64,000 nucleotides of DNA from an uncultured Chloroflexales bacterium (GCA_937902315.1 CALGUG010000019.1:8426-72425); one strand, 5' to 3'; positions 18,562 to 28,037 are shown, counted from the first letter of the stretch. Notes: a model not told the origin generated them from the letters alone. Numbers and translations: made by a program.

Positions 18562-20198
18562 CATACGATCAGCTTCCGCTTTTGATCAGCAGTGCGGGCT
18601 GGGAATCGCTTTTCGCTCTCCAAGAGCGAAAAGCGATCGAGGCTCTGCTGCCAACCTATCTCTATCAACAGCGTTGGTTTGGTGCCAAGGCGCGTCAGAT
18701 CACCGCCGCGACGATCGCCGATCTGATTCCTATCGTCTATGCTGATCGAAGCGCCTATCTGTTGTTGATCGAAGTTGGCTATAGCGAGGGCCAGTCAGAT
18801 CGTTATGCCCTGTTGTTGGCGCACGCTAGTGAGGACGAGCTAAGCGAACTGCAACCCATCAGATCGAACGCGCTGCTGGCGCGGGTTCAGAGCAGTACGG
18901 GCCTAGGAGTGCTGTTTGACGGCTTGCTCGATCAGCGTTTCAGCGCCGCCCTGCTCTCGTTTATCGAAACAGAGCGCAGCTTTCAGGGCGAGCGCGGCAG
19001 CCTGCGCATCTCGCAGAGCACGGCTTTCTGGCAGTTGCGCGGTCGCGATCAGCAACCCTTGCCCGCCAAAGTGGGCACCGCCGAACAGAGCAATACATCG
19101 TTGATCTATGCCGATCGGCTGATTATGAAGCTTTTTCGGCGTATCGAGGCGGGCATTAACCCCGAGCTAGAGATCGGGCGCTTTTTGACCAAGCAGGGCC
19201 AGTTCAGCCAGATGTCGCACTTGGCCGCTGGTATCGAATACCTCGCGCCGGGCGAGCAGCCAGCCAGTTTGGCGGTGATGCAAGCCTTTGTGCCCAACCG
19301 AGGCGACGCTTGGAGCTACACCATTTCGGAGATTGTGGCCGCCTTCGAGCGCGCTAAAAGCCTCAAGCAGCCGAACCGTCCCGCCCAGTCCTTGCTCGAA
19401 CTGGCCGTTCAGCCCCTGCCCGAGCAAGCCAAGCTGTTGCTAGGCCCCTATCAGCGCGCGGCGGCCCGTTTAGGCGAGTTGACCGCTCAGTTTCATCGGG
19501 CGCTCGCCTCTGACCCTAACGAGCCAGATTTCGCGCCCGAGGCGATGGACGAGCTGGTGCGCCAGCGGCTCGATCGCGAGTTGAGCGAGCGCGCCCTTCG
19601 CACCTTCCAGACCTTACAAGCGCGCATCGAGAGTCTGCCCGTCACGCTTCAGGCCGATGCCCAGCGCATTTTGCAAGCGCAAGATCGTCTGCTCGGCCGC
19701 ATTCATACCACTCTCGCGCAACCTTGTTCGGCTCTGCGCATTCGCGTGCACGGCGACTACCACCTTGGTCAGGTGCTCTATACCGGCAACGATTTTGTGA
19801 TCATTGACTTTGAAGGAGAGCCGGCTCGTTCTTTGCAAGAGCGACGGCGCAAAAGCTCGCCTTTGCAAGATGTGGCGGGTATGTTGCGCTCGTTTCACTA
19901 TGCGCCCTATGCCGTGTTGATGGGCCAAGCGCCTCGCGTGAGCTATTCGTCTGTGGAACTTGCCCAGCTCGAACCATGGGCGGCCCGCTGGCATGCTTGG
20001 GTTAGCGGCACCTTCCTAAGCAGTTATCTAAAGACCATGCACGGCTCACAGCTTGTGCCCACGCAGGTCAGCGAGCTACAGGGCTTGCTCGATCTCTACA
20101 TTTTAGATAAAGCGCTCTACGAGCTGTTGTATGAGCTGAACAATCGCCCCACGTGGGTGCGCATTCCGCTTGAGGGTCTCTTACAGTTGGGAATCTAG
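18558..20198 (+). CDS. mak: maltokinase (Pep2/Mak family)
   Basis: Conserved maltokinase N-terminus (…YLYQQRWFGAK…) and kinase core. ATGA overlap with the glgE stop. Confidence 0.75.
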   Translation: MTYDQLPLLISSAGWESLFALQERKAIEALLPTYLYQQRWFGAKARQITAATIADLIPIVYADRSAYLLLIEVGYSEGQSDRYALLLAHASEDELSELQPIRSNALLARVQSSTGLGVLFDGLLDQRFSAALLSFIETERSFQGERGSLRISQSTAFWQLRGRDQQPLPAKVGTAEQSNTSLIYADRLIMKLFRRIEAGINPELEIGRFLTKQGQFSQMSHLAAGIEYLAPGEQPASLAVMQAFVPNRGDAWSYTISEIVAAFERAKSLKQPNRPAQSLLELAVQPLPEQAKLLLGPYQRAAARLGELTAQFHRALASDPNEPDFAPEAMDELVRQRLDRELSERALRTFQTLQARIESLPVTLQADAQRILQAQDRLLGRIHTTLAQPCSALRIRVHGDYHLGQVLYTGNDFVIIDFEGEPARSLQERRRKSSPLQDVAGMLRSFHYAPYAVLMGQAPRVSYSSVELAQLEPWAARWHAWVSGTFLSSYLKTMHGSQLVPTQVSELQGLLDLYILDKALYELLYELNNRPTWVRIPLEGLLQLGI

Positions 20199-20206
20199 GT
20201 GAGAGT

Positions 20207-20668
20207 GAGGGATGGCGCTGGTAACGATACCCCCGATTCTGTCGTGTGTCGTCATCTCTCTCTCCGCATTGCGGAGGCCATTCCTAGCTTGCTGGGTGTT
20301 ACCCAGCCTCGCCGTCCTGGCGGCGATGCGAATAGACGGGTTGGTACAAACGTATGCTGCGCCGAAACGCATCATACTCCCAATGATGAGCCTATCCCAC
20401 GCACCTTGCTCCCCATCAGCTAGCGCGGTCGCCTAGCCGCTGACATTGCTGCCAACGCTGGCCGGCTCTTACCCGGCCCTTTCACTCCTTACCGATCGCT
20501 CGGCGGACCTGCTCTCTGTTGCCGTCTTGCGTCACAAGTCGCTTGCGCTTCTTGTGCCCTCGCTTGCTGTTTCACGAGGTAGCCTTCTGAACCAAACGGT
20601 TCAGGCGAGGAGTCGGGAAGTTCCTCTGAGGATTGCTCCCCAGCGACGACATATTACCAGCGCCACTT
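20207..20668 (-). ncRNA. rnpB: RNase P RNA (bacterial type A)
   Basis: Minus-strand matches to conserved rnpB blocks in order: CAACAGAGAGCA…CCGCCGA, GGTAAGGAGTGAAAGGGCCGGGTAAGAGCCGGCC (cf. E. coli GGTAAGGGTGAAAGGGTGCGGTAAGAGCGCACC), GGAGCAAGG, CGACAGAAUCGGGGGUAUCG. P1 pairs GTGGCGCTGGTAA with TTACCAGCGCCAT. TATAAT box 7 nt upstream of the 5' end. Confidence 0.75.
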
Positions 20669-20673
20669 TTCCT

Positions 20674-20679
20674 ATTATA
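20674..20679 (-). promoter_or_regulatory. -10 box (TATAAT) for rnpB
   Basis: Minus strand reads …GCATGCTATAATAGGAAAAGTGGCGCTGG…, 7 nt upstream of the predicted P1 5' strand. Confidence 0.4.
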
Positions 20680-20792
20680 GCATGCCGAGGCCTCTTCGCT
20701 GTTAGAGCCATATGCGCCATACGCTTGTTTTGGCAATTCTGCTTGATACGTTCAGCCATCCAGCGGCGAGCTCTTGACCCTCCATTCGATCC

Positions 20793-20978
20793 CTAGCGCG
20801 TCCGCCTACGGCTACAAGCATCCTTGCCTCTCAAACGAGCGAATCGCCTGCGGCAGCGTAGAGCGTGGCTTTTCGTTGATCTTCGCTTTGCCACACAGCG
20901 AATCACTGCGCACGCAGCGCAAGGATCGCCTGTATGGATGGGCGACGATTTTGGTAGCCGTAGGCGGACGCGCTTATG
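20793..20978. repeat. MITE-like repeat family A copy, short form without the GGGAGAAGGG hairpin
   Basis: CCCTAGCGCGTCCGCCTACGGCTACAAGC … TTGGTAGCCGTAGGCGGACGCGCTTATGG inverted termini. Confidence 0.6.
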
Positions 20979-21088
20979 GTCGGTTGGCAGGAGAGGAACT
21001 TTTTCGCCAGTGTTGAGGACAGATACTATAGCGTAAAATGAGCTTAGAGATGAGAGAGAGCGTGTGTAGGCTCTCTCTCTTTGAGCGT

Positions 21089-22360
21089 TTAGATCAACGA
21101 AAATGGGTTGCCCGTATTGTCGTTGAGCGATTGCAGGGCTTGGCGGATGCCACTTTGCAGCGTCGCTTGGGTTTCGATCGATTCGAGCCCGAGATCGAAG
21201 GCGACCAGCGTTTGGGCGACTTCGGCGCGAATGCCCGTCAGCATCATACGCGCGCCCAGCAGGCCGACCGCCCGCGCGATGCGCAGCAGGGTGTCGGCGA
21301 TATCGGCGTCGATATAGGGCACACCGGTGATGTCGAGGATAACGATCTCGGCGGCGTACTGCACCACGCCTTCGAGCAAGCTCTCCATGGCCTGTTGAGC
21401 CCGGCTGGTGTCGATACGCCCGATCAACGGCATAACAAGGATCGAATCGGTCAGCGGAATAATCGGTGTGCTCAGTTCGCGCAACATCATCTGTTGCGTT
21501 TCGATCAGCTCTTGTTGCAGGCGCGAATGTTCTTGTTCTTGGCTGAGCTCTTTGCTGATGTCGCGCAGAATGCCGGGCACTGCGATCAGCTGGCCATTAT
21601 CATCAACGATCGCAAAGACGGTGAGATGGCCGACAAATGGGTCGCCTATCGTGCGCTGAAACTCGATTAAACCCGACCACATTCCATCTTTTGCGATCCC
21701 TTCAAAGATGGGATCGAACTCTTCTGTGTTTTTGATAAACTCTTTTATGTTGCGACCGACCGCAGAACTTTCGAGCACTAAAGACTGATGAAAACTTGGG
21801 TTGGCGTACGTGATCTTACCCTGACTATCGGTAACCGCGATCGCATCGGGCGTTTTTTCGGCCAAAATAGTAAAGAGCTGCGACTCGAGCTGCTGCTGAG
21901 AGACAGCTTCGTTCAGCTGCTTGTGACGTTGCTGCTGCTTTTCCATCCAGTCGATCAGATGGTTATTTTGGGCATCGATCAGCTCTTCGATGATCTGCTC
22001 GAGCAGCATAATCGTCGGGCGGTCATGGCGAATCAGAAAAGGGCGGAAAGCAGGTCGTAGGGTGTGTCTCACGCCTTTAAAGTAGATGGGGATCTCGGTG
22101 AAGTTGATCTTTACACTGGCCAGCGCTCCATCGATGAAGATGCGTGTAAAGGGTTTATCGCCCTTTTGCTCGATCAGCACTGCCATGTGGTCGAGCGTCG
22201 TTTGAATGATAAGGTTCTGCTGTTCAGGGCTTGCTTGGCTATATGAAGGTAGATGGTGTCGGAAAAAGGTTTGGAGTCTTTCGCTAATCTCGGCCTTTTC
22301 GTGCATGAAGTGTTCTTGAACGCTTGTAGGATTTGGTGCGGGATTAGGAGGGTTTTCCAT
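21089..22360 (-). CDS. RsbR-like PAS + STAS (anti-sigma-factor-antagonist domain) protein
   Basis: N-terminal ~180-aa domain, then a PAS-like region (AIAVTDSQGKITYANPSF), then a C-terminal STAS domain (…ILDITGVPYIDADIADTLLRIARAVGLLGARMMLTGIRAEVAQTL). Confidence 0.6.
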   Translation of the reverse strand: MENPPNPAPNPTSVQEHFMHEKAEISERLQTFFRHHLPSYSQASPEQQNLIIQTTLDHMAVLIEQKGDKPFTRIFIDGALASVKINFTEIPIYFKGVRHTLRPAFRPFLIRHDRPTIMLLEQIIEELIDAQNNHLIDWMEKQQQRHKQLNEAVSQQQLESQLFTILAEKTPDAIAVTDSQGKITYANPSFHQSLVLESSAVGRNIKEFIKNTEEFDPIFEGIAKDGMWSGLIEFQRTIGDPFVGHLTVFAIVDDNGQLIAVPGILRDISKELSQEQEHSRLQQELIETQQMMLRELSTPIIPLTDSILVMPLIGRIDTSRAQQAMESLLEGVVQYAAEIVILDITGVPYIDADIADTLLRIARAVGLLGARMMLTGIRAEVAQTLVAFDLGLESIETQATLQSGIRQALQSLNDNTGNPFSLI

Positions 22361-22790
22361 AAAACCAGTACCTCGTAATCTAATAGAGAGATCTCTCTTC
22401 GTTGAGACGTGGATCGCGTGTTAGATCTATCTTTCGAGAAGTCGGACCTCGATTAGCGGGAGCTACAGTAGCTAAAAAAACCAGTCTCAGACAGTGGTTT
22501 CGTAATTATAAACTAAATTTCCAGTTTTTTCTTTGTCAAGTATACGTAAAATGTCATAATAAATTATAAATTTAAACGAATGAGGTTTGCGGATTTAGCT
22601 TTTAGAACGAATTTGCTGTTCAAACCTGAGCATAGTATAATGGCTCAGACTGACTTCTTGGGCCTAGGGACGCTAATCTATACCGAAGTAGGCATTGCAA
22701 AAGCAACGAACTCTTGTTTATTTTGAATTCTCAAAAATGTATTATAACTGCAGTGTGCAAGCGTGGACTGATCGATAGGGAGTGCTGCTC

Positions 22791-25700
22791 ATGATTCCTC
22801 AGACGCTGAGTGTGCGAAACTTTATGTGTTATCGCGAAGATGTGCCCGAATTACGCCTCGATGGTATCGACATCGCGTGTCTGTCGGGCGAGAACGGGGC
22901 TGGCAAGTCGGCCTTGCTCGACGCGATCACTTGGGTGTTGTGGGGCAAGGCGCGCATGAGCGATGAGGAGTTACTCGCCATCGGCGCTAACGAGATGGAG
23001 GTCGAGCTGGTCTTTAGCTTGGGCGGCCAAGACTATCGCGTTATTCGTAAGTATCAGCGCGGGAGCGGCAGGCGTAGTGGCAAAAGCTCGCTCGATCTGC
23101 AGGTGCGCAACCAAGGCGTCTGGAAGGCAATCGGCGAGTTGCAGATTCGCCAAACCGAAGAGAAGATTGTCGATCTCTTGCGCATGAAGTACGACACCTT
23201 CATCAACTCAGCTTTTCTTTTGCAGGGTCGCGCCGATGAGTTTACGCGCAAGGCACCCTCTGAGCGCAAACAGGTCTTGGCCGATATCCTCGACTTAAAA
23301 GAGTACGCCGATCTCGAGCAAAAGGCTAAGGAGCGCGTTAAGCAGCTTCACGACAAGATCAAAGGTGTTGAATCGCTGATCGAACACTTGCAGCTTCAGG
23401 CCGACAAGCGCCCGATCTATCAAGATGCTTTCGATCGCGCTTCTCAGTGGGTCGCCGAATTGAATGAGGCGCTCGAGCGCGCCAACCAGCGTTTGCAGCG
23501 CGCCCAAGAGCAGATGCGCGAGCTGGAAGATGCCGAACGTCTGCGGCGCGAACGCCAAGCCCAGATCGAGAAGCTACGCGTCGAGCAGGCCCAAGACGAG
23601 CAGAGACGCAACGAACTGCAGGCCACCATCGCCCAAGCCGAAGATTTGCTGGCGCGGCGCGACGCGATTATGGAAGGGATCGCCAGTTTGAACCAGGCTC
23701 GCAAAGAGCTGGCCCGCCTAGAGAGCCTGCGCGACCGTTTCGACGAACTGAACGAGCGGCGCAAAGATCTCAAGCTGCAGTTGCTCGAAGAGCATAACAG
23801 CCTGAAGAGCCGCATCGAGCTGGCTCGCAACGAACTCAAGCGCTTGCAGACCCGCGCCCAGCAGTACGAGACCCAAGTGCGCGAGCTAGAGCAGAACGAG
23901 CAGCAGTTGGTCGAGCTGGCGCCCTTGGCCCAGCAGCGCGACGAACTGTTGAAGCAACGCGAGACGCTCGAAGCGCAGTTGAGCCGCCACAACAGCCTGA
24001 GCTTGCGGCGCGAGCAATTGCTCAAGCGCATCGAGATGCGGCGCGAGTCCTTGGTGGCGACCCGCGAAGAGAATCAGCGTTTGCTGCGCCGTCTCGATAA
24101 CGACTTGGCTCAGTTGCCGCGTCTGCAGAGCGAGTTAAACGAGGCTCTGCAACAGCGCGATCTGCTGGAGAATGAGCAGCAGCAGTTGCAGCAGTTCAAG
24201 CAAGACGAGCAGCAGTTGGCCCAAGAAGAGATCGACCACAGTTCGCTGTGTAAGAGCATTCAAACCCAAGCCGAAGCGCTCAAAGAACGCAAAAATATGC
24301 TCTCAAGCGATGATCCGAGCTGTCCGGTCTGCGGCAGCGAGCTAGGTCACGATGGGGTCGAGCAGGTGCGCGCCCACTACGACGAAGAGCTGCAACAGTT
24401 GCGTGTCGACTATCAGAGCGCTAAAAAGCACGCCGACCAGAGCAAACAGCGTCGCGCCGCCCTGCTCGAAGAGATTCAAACGCTCGAAGCGCAGATCGCT
24501 CAGCGTTTGCAAATCGTGGCCAAGATCGGCGAATTGCAGAAGTCGCTCGAGCGTTTGGCGAGCGTGCAAGACGAGCGCGCAAAGGTTCAGGAGACTTTAG
24601 ACTCGGTTGTGAGCCAAATCGAGGCCAAAGATTTCGATCAGGAGGCTCAGCAAGAGCTGGCTGATCTGCAAGCCGAGATCGTCGCTCTGGGTGGCGATAC
24701 AGCCGCCTTGGAGAGCGAGCGGCGCAAACTCGATCAAACGTTGCGTGGGCTTGAAAGCCAACTGCGCCAGCAGAATGTGCTGGAGGGTGCGATCACACAG
24801 CGCCGCCGCGAACTGGAGCTGTTGCGAGACGAGATCGCGGCCCTGCCCGAGCAGGAGGCGACCTTGGCCAGCTTAGAGACTCAGTTAGCCGAAAATGATT
24901 ATGCTCACGACATCCGTGCCCAGGGCAAGGCGATCGAGGCCGAGATTCAGGCGCTCGGCTACGATAAACAGCTCTTCGATGAGACACGAGCGCTGGTTGA
25001 GGAGCTTTCTCCTTGGCAAGAGCAACAGCAGCAGTTGAGCAGCGCCGACCAGCAGATCGAGCTAAGCCGTTTTCGCTTGGGCGACGTGGCGGCTCGCATC
25101 GAACAGCGCCAGGCCGAGATCGAGCAGCTCACCCTGCAGATCCAAGAGCTTGAGGCCAAAGTGCGGGCCTTGCGGGGCGCTGCTGCCGAACGCGAGCAGG
25201 CTGAGTTGGAAGAGCGCAAGCTGAAGCGCGATCTGGCCGTCGCTCAGCGCGATCTGGGTGAAGCCGAGGCCAACCTTAAACTCGCGGTCGAAGCCGATGC
25301 CCAGTTGATGGAGCAGGAGAACGAGCGGCGGGCCTTGTTGGAGCGCCATAGCATTATGGCCGAGCTGGCCGAAGCCTATGGCAAAAAGGGTGTGCAGGCT
25401 ATGCTGATCGAGACTTCGATCCCCGAGATCGAGCGCGAGGCCAATGCGCTTTTGGGCCGCATGACCGACAACCAGATGCATGTTTCGGTCGAGACGCAGC
25501 GCGAAACCAAGAAGGGCGATACCCAAGAGACGCTCGAGATTAAGATCGCCGATACGCTCGGCACCCGCACCTACGACGCCTTTTCGGGCGGCGAGTCATT
25601 CCGTGTCAACTTCGCTATTCGCATCGCGATGTCAAAGCTGCTAGCGCGGCGGGCCGGAGCACGCCTCGAAACCTTGGTGATCGACGAGGGCTTTGGCGCG

Positions 25701-25865
25701 CTGGATACCCGTGGACGCGAGCGTTTGGTCGAAGCGATCAGCAGCGTGCGCAACGACTTCAAGCGCATCTTGGTGATCACCCACATTCAAGAGCTGAAAG
25801 ATCTCTTCCCGACCCAGATCGAGATCACCAAAACCCAAAACGGCAGCGTTTGGCAGATTGTCTAA
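22791..25865 (+). CDS. sbcC: SbcC/Rad50-family SMC-like ATPase (nuclease SbcCD subunit C-like)
   Basis: Walker A GENGAGKS. Very long coiled coil with a CPVCGSEL zinc hook. Signature FSGGESF, D-loop DEGFGALD. AGGGAG RBS before ATG 22791. Confidence 0.8.
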   Translation: MIPQTLSVRNFMCYREDVPELRLDGIDIACLSGENGAGKSALLDAITWVLWGKARMSDEELLAIGANEMEVELVFSLGGQDYRVIRKYQRGSGRRSGKSSLDLQVRNQGVWKAIGELQIRQTEEKIVDLLRMKYDTFINSAFLLQGRADEFTRKAPSERKQVLADILDLKEYADLEQKAKERVKQLHDKIKGVESLIEHLQLQADKRPIYQDAFDRASQWVAELNEALERANQRLQRAQEQMRELEDAERLRRERQAQIEKLRVEQAQDEQRRNELQATIAQAEDLLARRDAIMEGIASLNQARKELARLESLRDRFDELNERRKDLKLQLLEEHNSLKSRIELARNELKRLQTRAQQYETQVRELEQNEQQLVELAPLAQQRDELLKQRETLEAQLSRHNSLSLRREQLLKRIEMRRESLVATREENQRLLRRLDNDLAQLPRLQSELNEALQQRDLLENEQQQLQQFKQDEQQLAQEEIDHSSLCKSIQTQAEALKERKNMLSSDDPSCPVCGSELGHDGVEQVRAHYDEELQQLRVDYQSAKKHADQSKQRRAALLEEIQTLEAQIAQRLQIVAKIGELQKSLERLASVQDERAKVQETLDSVVSQIEAKDFDQEAQQELADLQAEIVALGGDTAALESERRKLDQTLRGLESQLRQQNVLEGAITQRRRELELLRDEIAALPEQEATLASLETQLAENDYAHDIRAQGKAIEAEIQALGYDKQLFDETRALVEELSPWQEQQQQLSSADQQIELSRFRLGDVAARIEQRQAEIEQLTLQIQELEAKVRALRGAAAEREQAELEERKLKRDLAVAQRDLGEAEANLKLAVEADAQLMEQENERRALLERHSIMAELAEAYGKKGVQAMLIETSIPEIEREANALLGRMTDNQMHVSVETQRETKKGDTQETLEIKIADTLGTRTYDAFSGGESFRVNFAIRIAMSKLLARRAGARLETLVIDEGFGALDTRGRERLVEAISSVRNDFKRILVITHIQELKDLFPTQIEITKTQNGSVWQIV

Positions 25866-25904
25866 GCTCGCAAGTGGCGGCTAGGGTTTGTCCCAAAAGG
25901 AAGC

Positions 25905-26190
25905 TTCTTGGCGCGTCCGCCTACGGCTACCAACATCCCGCCCAACAAATGTGGCTTGTAGCTGTGTGCCGAAGACCTCCCCAAAGCCGACGATGCACAA
26001 AGAGACCCGTTCCGCTCTGCCGAAGGCCAAAGAGAAAATGAACAAACGGATGTTGTATAACTACGCCTCTACCAGTTCTGGTAGAGGCGTCTTTGGGCGA
26101 TGGGCAGCGAAACGCAAGCTGCGAAGTGCTGCCTGTTTGAGTGGGCGACAACCTGATAGCCGAAGGCGGACGCGCCAGGGATCGAATGGA
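25905..26190. repeat. MITE-like repeat family A copy
   Basis: GGCGCGTCCGCCTACGGCTACCAACATCCCGCC … GATAGCCGAAGGCGGACGCGCCAGGGATCGAATGG. Confidence 0.65.
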
Positions 26191-26300
26191 TGCGAGAGAC
26201 CTCGTCGCCAGCGCAAGCTAACAAGACACACGCCTGTTTGCTGCCAGTCGATCGCTTGATCTGTACGAGCGTAAAACACACAACCTGATAACGCGGAGTG

Positions 26301-27785
26301 TTAAAGCGCGAGCTGCTTTGGATCGACCACTTGGAAGGCGCTGCTGGTTTCGAAGTTCTGGTCGCCGAGTGTGGCGGTGCTGCGCAGGCTGATTTCGTAC
26401 AGTCCGGCTGGCAGACCTTCGATGCTATGTTGTAGCTCGTTTTCGAGGCTTTTTAAGCGCTGTTTTTGCTTGAACTCGCCATCGACTTGCACTAGCTCAA
26501 GCTCGAGAGGGAGATGGGACCTATCTAAGCCGATGGTCTTGATATCGAGCACAACTGGCTCATCCACGGCGTACAGCTCCTCTGTTTTCAGTTTGATACC
26601 GGCTCGGCTATCCCCTCCAAGCTCAGGCAAATACTGGTGAAGTAGCTCTGTGGCAAGATCCGAGAAGAGAATATCGATCGCTCCAGAGCTATTTGGCAGC
26701 CAGCCGTGGTGTTGGGCGATCACTCGTGTTCTGTCGAGCTTCAAGCTCTGAACCTCAAGCGGCGTGGCCGCGAATTCCGGGACGGTGCCATCGCCGTTGA
26801 GCATCCCTAGATTGGGGAGTGAGTGAAAACTGAGCGCCAAACGCCCATCCGACTCGAAGAAGGCGGTCTGATAGGTGTCTTGGTTGATACCGAGTACCGC
26901 TCGACAACTGCCCCCTGGATTGTGGTCTTTTTCATGGCGCTTCCGAGCCGTTTCGTTGATCTCGACCAATACATTGCGCGCTTTCATTGCCCGCTCCTGA
27001 TCGATATTGGGAATATTGCTCAGCGCAGTGATGCGCGCATACGTCTCTCCCATCTTAACCATCGGATAGATCGGCAGAAGTTGATAACACGAGTCGAAAG
27101 AGCGCACGATCTTCGAGAGATCGGCTAGCCAGGGACCAAAGATACGTTTGGGCAAGGGCGACAGATTGTTCTCTAGGCCGTTACTTAGGACTTCGATCGT
27201 TTTGGGCGCTCCACGGTGGGGCGTGCCGAGCGTGTAGAAGCGGAAAACATCGGGGTAGCCACCGAGTAACTCGACATAATAACGAGCAACTAAGCCGCCC
27301 ATACTGTGGGCGATCAGAATCACCTTCGCATCTTTGTTGCCGGAATAGTCGCGCCACTTGGGCAACTGCTCGCCGATAAAGCGCTGAAGCTGGCGGGCGG
27401 GAACGCGGATATCGCGCCGCCAGTCGTAGGGAAAGGTGAAGAAATTCTGGTGGGGTTGAGGCTTGTCTCGATCGCCTTGGCTGAGTTCGAAGCGTTCGTG
27501 TAGGCGTTGTTGCACAAGGCGATAGCCCGAGCCTTTGATAAAGTTCGGGATATCGTAGATATCTTCGATCAGACGAGTGGCACGAATGCCGTCGTCGAGC
27601 TGATCGCGTTCGAGATCGTGATCGTGGAGATAGAGCTCTTCGACGCGTTTGCCCAGAGTCTGGGCTACTTTGCCAAGCGCCTGGCCTGAGATCGCCCAGA
27701 GATCTTTGCCATCTTTTTGCAATACGCTGCCCATAATGCCCGGAAGGAAGATCACAAGGTGGGGCATTGCGACTCGTTGGATCAT
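26301..27785 (-). CDS. LCAT-like (lecithin:cholesterol acyltransferase family) alpha/beta-hydrolase lipase/acyltransferase
   Basis: VIFLPGIMGS N-terminus, FPYDWRRD LCAT-family motif, lipase nucleophile elbow AHSMGG. ~200-aa C-terminal domain. GAAGGAA RBS. Confidence 0.5.
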   Translation of the reverse strand: MIQRVAMPHLVIFLPGIMGSVLQKDGKDLWAISGQALGKVAQTLGKRVEELYLHDHDLERDQLDDGIRATRLIEDIYDIPNFIKGSGYRLVQQRLHERFELSQGDRDKPQPHQNFFTFPYDWRRDIRVPARQLQRFIGEQLPKWRDYSGNKDAKVILIAHSMGGLVARYYVELLGGYPDVFRFYTLGTPHRGAPKTIEVLSNGLENNLSPLPKRIFGPWLADLSKIVRSFDSCYQLLPIYPMVKMGETYARITALSNIPNIDQERAMKARNVLVEINETARKRHEKDHNPGGSCRAVLGINQDTYQTAFFESDGRLALSFHSLPNLGMLNGDGTVPEFAATPLEVQSLKLDRTRVIAQHHGWLPNSSGAIDILFSDLATELLHQYLPELGGDSRAGIKLKTEELYAVDEPVVLDIKTIGLDRSHLPLELELVQVDGEFKQKQRLKSLENELQHSIEGLPAGLYEISLRSTATLGDQNFETSSAFQVVDPKQLAL

Positions 27786-27881
27786 AGATGTTCCTTCTTT
27801 TCTGATCTAGCTTTGTTGAGTGCGATATCTACCTACATGAAACAGCTTCTCTAGGCTGAATTCGACTATGGATGAGAAATG

Positions 27882-28037
27882 ATACCAAATCGGGTTGATT
27901 ACTTTTATTTGGTCTTCGGCAGAGTGGAACTTGATCTTTTTTGTTGTGAGACATTTCGCGCGACAGCGCGAAATGTCTCACAACTCTTTTCCCGTTTTTG
28001 CCTTACAAGAGCGCCATTTTGTAAACGGATCTGGCAT
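27882..28037. repeat. MITE-like repeat family B copy with perfect central hairpin (27943-27984)
   Basis: GATACCAAATCGGGTTGATTAC…GGTCTTCGGCAGAGTGGAAC…GTTGTGAGACATTTCGCGCGACAGCGCGAAATGTCTCACAAC…CTTTTCCCGTTTTTGCCTTACAAGAGCGC…GTAAACGGATCTGGCAT. Confidence 0.7.

Noticed and set aside
20199-21036. Cluster of short ORFs (20199-20423, 20446-20796, 20774-21036)
   Set aside because: The region is occupied by the RNase P RNA gene and a family A repeat. No coding signal.
23444-24031. Cys/Ser/Arg-rich 195-aa ORF antisense to sbcC; similar antisense ORFs lie inside flotillin (31256-32594), secA (47976-48887) and dnaN (34625-35674)
   Set aside because: These are mirror-image artefacts of GC-rich, repeat-rich coding sequence. 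The opposite-strand products have strong homology support.
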